Source of the DNA: an uncultured Gemmatimonadales bacterium
Lineage (GTDB): Bacteria > Gemmatimonadota > Gemmatimonadetes > Palauibacterales > Palauibacteraceae
Assembly (NCBI GenBank): GCA_963783385.1
Contig: CAWANJ010000006.1
Location: forward strand, 448,001-512,000
Direction of reading: 5' to 3'
DNA: 64,000 nt
The notes below the pieces were generated by a model. The model was given only the letters and a program-made list of their open reading frames with translations, was not told the origin of the DNA and made no database searches. The stretch's first letter is position 1; each line of letters begins with the position of its first letter. Shown in pieces: positions 22,828 through 32,149 of the stretch. The translations under genes were made by a program, and so were the position numbers.

Positions 22828-24828
22828 TCACCGGCCTCCGTTCATGATGAAGGCCACCGGCAGAACGCGGCTGTGGGCGGCCTCCTCCTGGTTAACCGGG
22901 GTTACGACCAGGTACAGGACCGATTGCCGCCTCCAATCCACCTTGGCCCGGCCGAAGACGACACCCGTCGAGGCGATCGCGTGAGCGTCCGCCAAGTACC
23001 GGTCCCCCGGGACAAACTGGTCTCCCGGGACGAACTGGTCCCCCGGGATAAACTGGTCTCCCGGGACGAACTGGTCCCCCGGGACAAACTGGTCTCCCGG
23101 GACGCGGCTCGACCCCGGACGCAACGGAAACCACTTGGACGGCCACGCCTCGTGCATCCGCCCCCCGGTGATGACGATGGCCACCACTCGAGCCCTGGTC
23201 TCGCGCTCCCCGGAGAGATCGATGACGAGGCCCTTCGCCAGGGTCTCGTGGACATCCAGGGCCCGCTCCCCGGACGCGATCGCGTCTCGAGCGGTGGCGG
23301 TAAGACCAAGCCGGATCGTGGGCCACGGCGCCGAAGTGGGTCGACGCGGGCTCGAGAGAGGGTCGTACCGACCGGCACGGTCCGTCGGACCCGGTACCGG
23401 CATGGAGGTTGGGGCGGGGACCATCCGCGGTGGCGACTCGTGCGGAGCTCCCGCCGCCGTGTCCTCCGCGGCGGCCGAACCCGGGGCCTTCCCTCCCTGC
23501 CCCTCAAGCCGCACGAGCTCCACGCGCCGATTCTGCTGCCGGCCTTCCGGCGTGCCGTTGTCGGCCACGGGCTTCGTCTCGCCGAAGCCGGCGGTCTCTA
23601 GGCGGGAGGGGTCGATCTCGTCCTGCTCGGTGAGGTAGTCCCGCACCGCCCCGGCGCGGCGCTCGGAGAGGTCCTGGTTGTAGGCCTCGTCCCCCGTGCT
23701 GTCGGTGTGCCCTTCGATCGACAGTCGGAGGTCCGGGTGGTCGCGCAGCATGGCCGCGATCTCTTCGAGCGTCGGCGTCGACTCCGGCCGGATCCGAGCG
23801 CTGTTCACGGCGAACAGGATCCCGTGCGTCGCCACCCGGCCCTTCTCGGCGAGGACGTCGTAGAGGTCCCTCCCCCCGGCGGCGACGCGGATGGGCCCCA
23901 GGTACATGGGGTTCTTGTCGTCGGCGAAGTAGACGTTCTCCAGGTACAGCGAATTGCCCCGATGTAGCTCGGCGTTGGGCACGTTGGCGACGCGCTGCGA
24001 GCCGACGTAGACCTTGGCGTAGCGGTCGTCGACCATGATGCGGACGGGGACGATCTTCTGGCCCACGTCCGGGGTTTCGTTCAGGGACTGGACGCCTCCC
24101 TTGTCGTTCGACAGCACGCCGGTGCCCTGCACCACGGCCACCTGGAAGACGTTGCCCGGCAAGCGGTCGAACCGCTCGCCCGGCGAGGGAGGCGAGGGCG
24201 TGACGACCAGCCGCTGGTTCTCGTGCGTGAAGTAGGCGTCGAACTCGATCGTGAAACGGGCCGGAAGCGTGTCGCCGAGCGGCACCTCGATCGCCGATCC
24301 GCGGGGGCCCGTGTTCCTGAGGAGACGGCGGCCGCGCCACTCGACCAGCTCCCAGTTTCCCTTCCGGAAGGTCAGCCTTCGCGGAAAGTCGCCGACCTGG
24401 TCGTCGCTGTAGTCGTCGTAGAAGAGGACGTGGTCCCCGGGGACGAAGTCGTAGTTGGCCCACACGCCCGTGTTCGGAGCCGCGGTCTCGTCCCCGATGG
24501 CCGCGTCGGCGGCCTGGTCCGCTTCGGTGATCGGCTTGCCTTCGTCGTCGGTGAGGACGTTGCCCTGGTCGTCCGTGTAGACGACGTCCTGCCCGCTGTC
24601 CTCGGCCTGCTGGACACAGACCGGATCGTCGAACACGCACTTCACGGCGTTGCTGATGAGACGGTTGATCTGGTTCTCCGTCTCGTTCTCGAGCGCGTTC
24701 TTGGCGGCCCGCTTGAGGCGCTTGAAGATCTGGGCGTGCCCCGGCGCCGGAAGGGCGACCAGCGCCACGGCGCCGAGGAGCAGGGCGCGCGTGGCGAAGC
24801 GGGTGCGGGAGCGGGTCGGGCCTCGCAT
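22828..24828 (-). CDS. OmpA/MotB-family peptidoglycan-binding protein with N-terminal beta domain and extra C-terminal domain
   Basis: Signal ..GHAQIF; NYDFVPGDHVLFYDDY; ILFAVNSARI, IEGHTDSTG, NQDLSERRA, GRQQNRRVEL; GGAGG RBS. Confidence 0.9.
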   Translation of the reverse strand: MRGPTRSRTRFATRALLLGAVALVALPAPGHAQIFKRLKRAAKNALENETENQINRLISNAVKCVFDDPVCVQQAEDSGQDVVYTDDQGNVLTDDEGKPITEADQAADAAIGDETAAPNTGVWANYDFVPGDHVLFYDDYSDDQVGDFPRRLTFRKGNWELVEWRGRRLLRNTGPRGSAIEVPLGDTLPARFTIEFDAYFTHENQRLVVTPSPPSPGERFDRLPGNVFQVAVVQGTGVLSNDKGGVQSLNETPDVGQKIVPVRIMVDDRYAKVYVGSQRVANVPNAELHRGNSLYLENVYFADDKNPMYLGPIRVAAGGRDLYDVLAEKGRVATHGILFAVNSARIRPESTPTLEEIAAMLRDHPDLRLSIEGHTDSTGDEAYNQDLSERRAGAVRDYLTEQDEIDPSRLETAGFGETKPVADNGTPEGRQQNRRVELVRLEGQGGKAPGSAAAEDTAAGAPHESPPRMVPAPTSMPVPGPTDRAGRYDPLSSPRRPTSAPWPTIRLGLTATARDAIASGERALDVHETLAKGLVIDLSGERETRARVVAIVITGGRMHEAWPSKWFPLRPGSSRVPGDQFVPGDQFVPGDQFIPGDQFVPGDQFVPGDRYLADAHAIASTGVVFGRAKVDWRRQSVLYLVVTPVNQEEAAHSRVLPVAFIMNGGR
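23001..23103 (-). repeat. 18-bp coding tandem repeat (VPGDQF)x5 plus VPGDR
   Basis: Units such as GTCCCGGGAGACCAGTTT / GTCCCGGGGGACCAGTTC alternate; one unit reads IPGDQF. Confidence 0.95.
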
Positions 24829-24903
24829 GGGATCCTCCTGCAGGGGACGGCTCGGCCGCGGCACGAGGGACGGGACGAATCTCCCGTCCGCCCGCCCGGC
24901 CGA

Positions 24904-24937
24904 TCCCTAGAGCGGAAAACGGAGATCGGAGCCGCCA
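24904..24937 (-). promoter_or_regulatory. Candidate ECF-type promoter upstream of the OmpA gene
   Basis: TGGCGGCTCC-N13-CGCT-N3-GGGA, same layout as 29336..29369. Confidence 0.55.
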
Positions 24938-24971
24938 CGGCGCGGTCGGGGAGCGCCGCGCGGCCGTCGGC

Positions 24972-27617
24972 TCAGGGGCAGGTTCCGTCCACGGGCTTGC
25001 CGCGGCGGCAGGCCCGGAACTCGATGTGAATGTGGCCGGCCGCGTGCGCCTCCTGTCCGCCACTCGCGTCCCCGTAGGCCGGCGCGAACATGGGGGCGTC
25101 CACCACGCCATCCACCCGTTGCGGGGAGACCCTTGTGATGGAGATCGGCACCCGGTCGTTCCTTGGAGGCGTTCCGAGGATGTACTGCCGAACGGTCCCC
25201 ATCGGGACCGCTCCGAAGACCGCGTGATCTGAGAGCCACAGCCCGCCCTCGGTCTCGCTGACACTGGAGATGCCGTGCGCGTCCTGCTGGTCCGCGTCCG
25301 GCATGAGCATGATGCGGAGGTTCGGGCTCGCCTCCCGGGGCGAACTGAGCCCGATGAAGGAGACGCGGCCGCCGGCGGAGTCCATGACCCCGAGCGGGCT
25401 CGCGGCGAGAGGCCCCGCGGGAACGCCCTGGAGGCCGGCGAGGGCGGACGTGCCCGAGTAGGTCCCGGAGATCTCCCCGCTCACCGTGGCGGTCCAGCCC
25501 GCGCAGCGACCGACCTGCACCGTCACCGAGGTCTCGAGCTCCGGGTGGCCCCGGACCGCGGCCTTCACCCTGTCCTGGCCGGGCGACGAGGGGGCCCGGT
25601 AGAGGCCGTCGCGATCGATGGGGCCCAGATCGGCGGTCCACGTAGCCTGGACGCGTCGTCCCAGGTACAGGGCGGAGAAGGCCTGCTGATCGCCGGGGTC
25701 CACGCAGGGGTTCGCGGGCTCGATGGCGACGAGCTCGGGCTCGAGCCGGGCGTAGCCCGATCGTTCAGGGGCCTCGGCCAGGTGACTGCGGTCGGCGGTG
25801 CTCGTGGCCTTCACGGTGATGGTCCCCTGGGGATCGCGCGGGACCTGGATCTTGACGACCTGGTCCGGGGCGGTTTGAGGGATCCCCACCAGGCGGCCGC
25901 CGCCCAGCACCTTCCAGCCGAGGCTCGGGTCGAGGGCGTGGTCCACGGTGACGTGGAGCGCCACGACCTGCCCGGCCCGGACCGGGGTGGACTCGGGGTC
26001 GAATGTGACCTCGATCCCGTGCACGACGAGGTCGCGCCTCAGGACCCTCTGCTGGTCCCCGAACTTGCCGCCCTTCGTCGCGATTCTCAGGACCGTGGTG
26101 CCCGTCCGGCGAGGACTGTAGCTGTGCGGCCCGGCGAACTGGACCGCCCGGCCAATGTAGTTGACGTCCAGCCACCGGCCGGTCTCTCCGTCCGGGACCA
26201 CGGTGTGGAACGTCTCCGGGGGAAAGTTGAACGCATCGGGGCCCCGGGTGGCCTCCTGGGCCAGCTGGCCCAGGAGATCGTTGATCACGAAGTCACGCAG
26301 CTGGTCCAGGAAGGCCGTGAACGCCTTCGAGGCGAATCGGCCCTCCCAGCTCCAGCTGATTCCGCCCATGGACTCCATTCCGGCCAGCTGGGACATGGAC
26401 TCCAGGGCGAACGTGGACATCTTCCACGGCTCGCTCCGCGCGGTGATCCGGACCCGGTGCCATTCCCCCGGTCCCGGATCGTCCTCGTCGAACAATGTCT
26501 GCGACAGGTCGACCTCGAGATCGGACATCCGTCCGGGCAGCAGGTGTGAGGCGGCCAGCGCGGCCTGCTTGTAGGCCCACACCGCGCTCCCGATCGCGCC
26601 CGCCTCCTCGGCCACCGGCTCCGCCTTGAAGAACTTGGCCGTTCCCGCGGCCATGGCCATGGTGCTGCCCAGGACGTCCAGCAGGTGGGCCGGCCGGCCG
26701 CTGGTCCCGAGGCGGGCCCACAGCGCCAGCTCCATGCGGTGTGAGAGCTCCGCCGGCGTCGGGTTGAAGTAGCTCTCGGCCGGACCGAAGGCCTCCGCCA
26801 CGGGGTGGCCGGGGCCGGGGGAGAAGGAGGCCAGCAGGACGGGGCCGTGCCGCTCCGCTCCTCTGGCCAGGTCGCTCGTGTGCCGCTGAACCTCGGCCGT
26901 GAGCGCCCTGAGCTCCTCGGCCGTACCTCCACGCGCCAGCAAGGCATCGACGAAGGCGCCCGGGCCGGCGGTGTCACGCGCCCCTTCGAGGGCTCGGGCC
27001 CGCGCCAGCAACGAGCCGGGGCGTGATGGAGCGCCCACGGCGGCGAGCGCGGCGAGGAGCGGCACCAGGGGTGGGGCGAGCGTGTCGGGATCCGCGTTTC
27101 GAAGCCGCTGGGGGGTCGTCCCGAACAGCCGGACCTGCGCGTCCACGAACCCGGCCAGCGCGTCGAGCGTCGCCGCCGTGGCGCCGGGGGCCGGTCGGAG
27201 TGCGGCGAGCTCGAGAGAGCGTGGGGGACACACCAGGTCCCCGTCCGTGGGACGGATCTCGAGGGTCGCCGCGCCGAGCCCGCCGTCGGGTCGTCCCGGG
27301 ACCTGCAGGACGAGCGTGCCGTCCGGCTTGCGGCCCACCAGGGCCACTCCCTCGGCCCCTTCGCCCGCAACCCGAACCCGCGCCCGAAGAGCCTCGAACC
27401 GGCCCCCGGTCACTCCGACCAGGGTCACGGTGTCGAGCGGCGTCGCCGAGCGCCGGGCGAGCGACCAGTCGTCGCATCGGAGCGGCGCCTCTGCCGGAGC
27501 CCGGCTCTGTGCATCGGCGGGCCCCGCCGCGTCCCCGCGCCCGTGGCAGCCTCCCAGGCCGACGAAGCCCAGCAGGAGCGCGGCCGGAAGGCCGAGACGC
27601 CGCGGACGTCCTCTCAC
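24972..27617 (-). CDS. Large lipoprotein (881 aa) with Ig-like repeats
   Basis: Lipobox GLGGC; VTFDPESTPVRAGQVV, VAIEPANPCVDPGDQQAF, GPIDRDGLYRAP Ig-like segments. Confidence 0.75.
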   Translation of the reverse strand: MRGRPRRLGLPAALLLGFVGLGGCHGRGDAAGPADAQSRAPAEAPLRCDDWSLARRSATPLDTVTLVGVTGGRFEALRARVRVAGEGAEGVALVGRKPDGTLVLQVPGRPDGGLGAATLEIRPTDGDLVCPPRSLELAALRPAPGATAATLDALAGFVDAQVRLFGTTPQRLRNADPDTLAPPLVPLLAALAAVGAPSRPGSLLARARALEGARDTAGPGAFVDALLARGGTAEELRALTAEVQRHTSDLARGAERHGPVLLASFSPGPGHPVAEAFGPAESYFNPTPAELSHRMELALWARLGTSGRPAHLLDVLGSTMAMAAGTAKFFKAEPVAEEAGAIGSAVWAYKQAALAASHLLPGRMSDLEVDLSQTLFDEDDPGPGEWHRVRITARSEPWKMSTFALESMSQLAGMESMGGISWSWEGRFASKAFTAFLDQLRDFVINDLLGQLAQEATRGPDAFNFPPETFHTVVPDGETGRWLDVNYIGRAVQFAGPHSYSPRRTGTTVLRIATKGGKFGDQQRVLRRDLVVHGIEVTFDPESTPVRAGQVVALHVTVDHALDPSLGWKVLGGGRLVGIPQTAPDQVVKIQVPRDPQGTITVKATSTADRSHLAEAPERSGYARLEPELVAIEPANPCVDPGDQQAFSALYLGRRVQATWTADLGPIDRDGLYRAPSSPGQDRVKAAVRGHPELETSVTVQVGRCAGWTATVSGEISGTYSGTSALAGLQGVPAGPLAASPLGVMDSAGGRVSFIGLSSPREASPNLRIMLMPDADQQDAHGISSVSETEGGLWLSDHAVFGAVPMGTVRQYILGTPPRNDRVPISITRVSPQRVDGVVDAPMFAPAYGDASGGQEAHAAGHIHIEFRACRRGKPVDGTCP

Positions 27618-28759
27618 CGCTCCGCTTCTCCGTGCGGCTGTGGCTCGCTCGCCTGGAAGCTCCGCACGAGGGCCTCGAGCATACCCCTCATGCCCTCGAA
27701 CCGCGTCATCCAGCCCAGCGCGAACCGGAGCTGCGCGTCACCGTGGGCGAGGACGAGGGCCTCGAGCCCGACCTCCACGCTGGGCCCGGTCGTGGTCCAG
27801 CGGTGAAGCGGCTGGGCCAGCCGGGTTGCGTAGGTCACCGAGAAGCCGTGCGCCTCGCCGATCCGGACCTGCTCGTGGTCCTCGGTGACCTCCAGGGCGC
27901 GCCGAAGACCGTGGCCGACGTCGCGTGCCTGCTCGAAGGTCCAGGTGCCGGCCGGGGCCATGTCGAGCACCAGCGAGGCGCCGAGCGGTCCGCGAAGCTC
28001 CAGGAGCCGCTCACCCCCGGGCGGTTCCGCGGCGAGGATAGGGCTGGCCGACAGCACGTGGAAGGTCCCCGCTTCCTCTTCCCCCGGTGGGCCCTCCCGC
28101 CAGCTCGACGGCACGTCGAGGGAGAAGCCGAGGCGTGCGTCGACAATGCGCCGGACGTTCCGGGCGTCCTCGACGGCGGCGCGCCGGCGCTCCTCCAGCC
28201 ACGTCCGCGCTTCGCCGGCGACGCGCTCCGGGGAGGGGATGCGCTGGAAGGTGAACATGCGTCGCTGGTTGCGGCTACGGCTGCCGGTGTAGCGGTTGAA
28301 GGCGAGGTTCCCGAGCCCGGAACCCGCCGCCTTCACCTCCACGAAGGCCACCTTCTCGGGCGGGAGGGACCAGAGGACCTTCCCCTCCGGTCCTCGCACC
28401 GCCAGGAGTCGCCGGTCCGTGATGCCGTAGGCCGTGCGGTTCAGGCCCGCGCGCTCGACGACCAGGACCCCGACCCCGAGGAGGGGGAGCGAGGCGAGGA
28501 CGGCCACGGGAACGAGGAGGTGGGGATCGGCCAGCGGGCCGTCCGTCACGGAGGCCAGGAGTCCGTCGCCCAAACCCGAGCCTCCCGCGGACGCGGACAG
28601 ACCGTAGTAGGCGACGCCGGCCGCGACCACCACGGTCGCCGCCAGCCCGACCAGGCCGCGGCCGAACGCCCGGCCCGCCACGGGCCGGTCCGACCACGAC
28701 ACGCTCTCTCCGGCCTCGAGAGCAGGCTCGAGGGCCTGCCGCGCCTCGCGCTGTCTCAT
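27614..28759 (-). CDS. Membrane protein with bacterial PH-like domain and C-terminal PsbP-like segment
   Basis: ALEAGESVSWSDRP, two TM, RTAYGITDRRLL, GFSLDVPSSW; ATGA overlap with upstream gene. Confidence 0.7.
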   Translation of the reverse strand: MRQREARQALEPALEAGESVSWSDRPVAGRAFGRGLVGLAATVVVAAGVAYYGLSASAGGSGLGDGLLASVTDGPLADPHLLVPVAVLASLPLLGVGVLVVERAGLNRTAYGITDRRLLAVRGPEGKVLWSLPPEKVAFVEVKAAGSGLGNLAFNRYTGSRSRNQRRMFTFQRIPSPERVAGEARTWLEERRRAAVEDARNVRRIVDARLGFSLDVPSSWREGPPGEEEAGTFHVLSASPILAAEPPGGERLLELRGPLGASLVLDMAPAGTWTFEQARDVGHGLRRALEVTEDHEQVRIGEAHGFSVTYATRLAQPLHRWTTTGPSVEVGLEALVLAHGDAQLRFALGWMTRFEGMRGMLEALVRSFQASEPQPHGEAER

Positions 28760-29257
28760 GGCGCGGCGTGCCCCACGGTGGCCTTGATGGTCACGAGCTT
28801 GCCGATCGCGTTCACGCTCACCAGGCAGCTCTCCCGTCGGCCGTTCCGCACCCCGGTGAGGTGCCCGATGAACAGCGAGGCGTTCGCCGTGGTGTCGCTG
28901 CGCGCGATCTCGAACCCGGCGGCCCTCACCTCCGAGGCCAGGAACCGGTAGACCTCGGGTCCCGATCCGTCCTCGATCCGGGCCGTCACCATGAGCTGCC
29001 GGGTGCCGATCCCGGCGGCGCCGTGCAGCGTCAGAATGGGAGGTGATCCGGGCATCGTCCGGCATGCGAAGCTGCTCGGGCCATCCGTCGGGGTAGCCGT
29101 CCGCGCTCGAGTCGCGGGAGTTGCCGGGAGCCGAGCCATCCTCTGCGGCCGCGCCGGACGCCGACGCGGCGGAGCGCGGTGAGCCGCCGCCGCACGAGAC
29201 CTGCGCCACGGCCACGCCGGCCACCAGGATTCCGGTGAAGCACTTCCGGAGCTGCAT
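28756..29257 (-). CDS. Small lipoprotein, frameshift near 29035
   Basis: MQLRKCFTGILVAGVAVAQVSCGGG...YPDGWPEQLRMP then ...EVYRFLASEVRAAGFEI... Confidence 0.65.
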
Positions 29258-29335
29258 ACCCACCCCTTCCCGAGACTCGAGGACCGGTCCGCGCCCCGTC
29301 CCCCGGCGCGTGCCGTGGGCCGATGCGGCTTCCTG

Positions 29336-29369
29336 TCCCGAAAGCGTAGGAAGGCGGCTGGAGCCGCCA
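29336..29369 (-). promoter_or_regulatory. Candidate ECF-type promoter at the head of the lipoprotein operon
   Basis: TGGCGGCTCC-N13-CGCT-N3-GGGA; also contains a GGCGGC-TCCA-GCCGCC hairpin. Confidence 0.5.
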
Positions 29370-29427
29370 GGCAGGAGAGCCGGGCCATGCTGGTGGGCTG
29401 GCGCAGGCCCGGAGGGTCCGGCCCCGC

Positions 29428-32137
29428 TCAGCTCCCCCGGTCCGCCTCCGCGGCCGGAAGGGAGTCGAGCCGGGCCAGGGCGGCGCGGCAGGCACCGAGG
29501 TACTTCTCCTGGGGGGTGCCTTCGCGGTCGGCGAGATCCTCGGCGGCTCCCTCGAGGAGCGGGCGCGCTTCCTCGAGGCGGCCCTGTCCGGCCAGCGCCC
29601 GACCCAGCCGACACTCGGCCACGGCCGTGATCCAGTGGCCGTCCGGCAGCGCCTCGCGCAGGATCCGCGCGGCCTCCCGGGCCGAGCTCTCGGCGCCCGG
29701 GTAGTCGGACCGCCTCAGGCGAATGTCCGCCTGGGTGAGCAGGGGGAAGGCGACGAGCTGGTTCCCCGGCAGGAGCGTCCGGCGGTAGATCTCGCTGGCC
29801 CGACCCAGGAGCTGCTCCGCCTCGTCGTACTTCCCTTCACGCGAGAGGACGGCCGCCAGGTTCTGCATCCCGCTGGCGGTCTCGCGATGATCCTCGCCGA
29901 GCGTTCGCCGGCGGATGTCGAGGACGCGGCGCTGGAGGCTTTCCGCCCCGGCGAGCTCGCCGCGGGAGGCCAGCAGGAGCGCCAGGTTGTTCATGGCGGC
30001 CGTCGTGTTCGGATCCTCCGCGCCCAGACGCCGCTCCAGGATGTCGATGGCACGGCGAAAGTCCGCCTCGGACTCGTCCAGGCGCTGCTCCTGCTCGAGC
30101 TCGCCGGCCTCGGAGACCAGGGCAAAGCCGGTCTGCACGGCGTCCGGACCGAACACCTTCTCGTCGAGCTGCCTCGCTTCCTGGATGGCGGTCCGGGCGG
30201 CGTCCATCTCATCCAGCCCCCGGTAGGTGTCGGACAGGTTGGCCAGGGTGCCGGCCAGGTCTCCCTCCGGTACCGGGTCCGCGGCTCGCTCGAGGGCGAC
30301 GGCGCGCTCCAGGTGGAGCCGAGAGCTGTCCAGCCGTCCGACGTCGTACTGGAAGCGTCCGAGCGACGCGTGGAAGGGCGCCAGCGCGGGGTCGTCCCGG
30401 GGGTGCGCCGAGCGGGCCTTCGCCACCGCCGCGTGGTAGAGGGCGTCGGCGGAGTCGGGCATGCCGCGCCACGCCGCCAGGGCTCCGAGCTGCAGCAGGA
30501 CGCGCCCCAGCAAGTCTGGAGCCTCGCCGGGCGCCGTCCCCAGGGACCGCAGTGCCTCTTCGGCGGTCCGGGTGGACTGGTCGTACTGACCCAGGTCGCT
30601 GAGCGCCTGCGAGATGGCCAGGAGGAGCTCTCCGCGAACGACCGGCCGGTCCGCCAGCTCGGTGCGCAGCCGACGGGCGCCTACGTCCAGGGCCTGGATC
30701 ACCGTGAGGTTGGCTCCGTAGGCGGAGTCGTGAGGCGTGAACGGGTCGGCGCTCCGGAACAGGCCAGCGAGCAGCGACTGGACCTCTTCGGCCCGGGTGG
30801 CCTGGGCCCGCGCCACGTTGCGCTCGCGCTCCAGCGCCCGGGCGTGGTGCGCGAGGGTGTACACGTAGCCGCCCGCCGCGAGGATCACGAGCGCGGCCGT
30901 CGGAGCGAGCCACGGCTTGCGGCCCAGGAGCCGCCGGGCCCGGTAGGCCACGCTGTCGGAGCGTGCCGAGATCGGGAGACCCTCCCGGTAGCGCTCCAGG
31001 TCCTGGAGGAGGGCCTCGGCCGTGGCGTAGCGCCGCTCCGGCTCCTTGCGGATCGCCTTGAGGACGATGAGGTCCAGGTCGCCGGCGAGGCGCCGGGACA
31101 GGCTCCGAGCCTTCGTCCGCCGGTCCCGGGCGCCCTCCTCGGTGACCAGCTCGCTGGGGCGACGCGGTCTGGCCGTGAGGATCGCTTCCTCCATGCGGGC
31201 CGGCGACAGCGCTCTCACCTCGTAGGGGCGGCGGCCGGCCACGACCTCACACAGGAGCAGGCCGAGCTGGTAGACGTCGGAGGCCGTGGTGATCGGCTCC
31301 CCCGACACCTGCTCCGGGCTGGCGTACTCCGGGGTGAGCGGACGGAGGAGCGTGCGGGTGCGGGGGTCGTCCGCGGCCGCGTCCAGGATCTTGGCGATCC
31401 CGAAGTCGAGCAGCTTCACGCGACCGCGGGCCGTGACCATGATGTTGGACGGCTTGAGGTCCCGGTGGACGACCAGGTTGGCGTGGGCGAACTGGACCGC
31501 CCGGCACACGTCCGCGAACAGGTCGAGGCGCTCCTCGAGGCCGGATCGGTCGCTCGTCGCAGTAGCGGGTGATGGGCGTGCCCTCGACCCGCTCGAGCAC
31601 CAGGTAGGGGAGCCCGTCGTCCGTGGTGCCGCCTCCCAGGAAGCGGGCGATGTTGGGGTGGTTGAGCGACGAGAGGATCTGCCGCTCGGCCAGGAAGCGG
31701 CGGATCGTGTCCTCGGTGTCGATGCCGCGGCGGACGACCTTGACGGCCACCCGCTCGTCCCACTGACCGTCCACCCGCTCGGCCGAGTAGACCGTCGCCA
31801 TGCCGCCGCGGCCCAGGCGGTCCACCAGGCGGTAGGGGCCGACGCGCTCCCCGGTCCGATCCGGATACGGATCGGTGGCCTCCTCCGGCCGGGTGGATTC
31901 GAGGATCTCGTCCCAGGGCACGTCGCAGACGTCCTCGGCGGGACGCTCGAGGAAGGAGGAGGCGCTGCGGTGCGCCTCCAGGAGCGCCTCGACCGCCTCG
32001 CGGAGCGCGACGTCCTCTCCGCACACTTCCGCTACGAAGCGAGCGACCCGCGAGGGGTGCAGCTCGAGCGCCTCGACGAAGATCTCGTCGGCTTTGCGCC
32101 ACCGGCCGCCGGCGTCGTTCGTGGTCTCCTCCAGCAC
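29428..32137 (-). CDS. Hanks-type Ser/Thr protein kinase with TM and TPR repeats, frameshift near 31550
   Basis: LGRGGMATVY, VAVK, HPNIA, HRDLKPSN, KLLDFGIAK, TPEYASPEQ; C-terminal TPRs (AAMNNLA, SGMQNLA). Confidence 0.93.
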
Positions 32138-32149
32138 GGAAGGGCGGGT

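Noticed and set aside
23001-23103. Possible CRISPR array
   Set aside because: Contiguous in-frame 18-bp units with no spacers and no cas genes
18871-29257. T6SS cluster (by analogy to EcfK and the OmpA/TssL domain)
   Set aside because: No recognisable Hcp, VgrG, TssB/C, TssM or ClpV motifs
27614-29614. 666-aa single ORF
   Set aside because: Frameshifted lipoprotein plus a separate membrane protein starting at 28759 (ATGA overlap)
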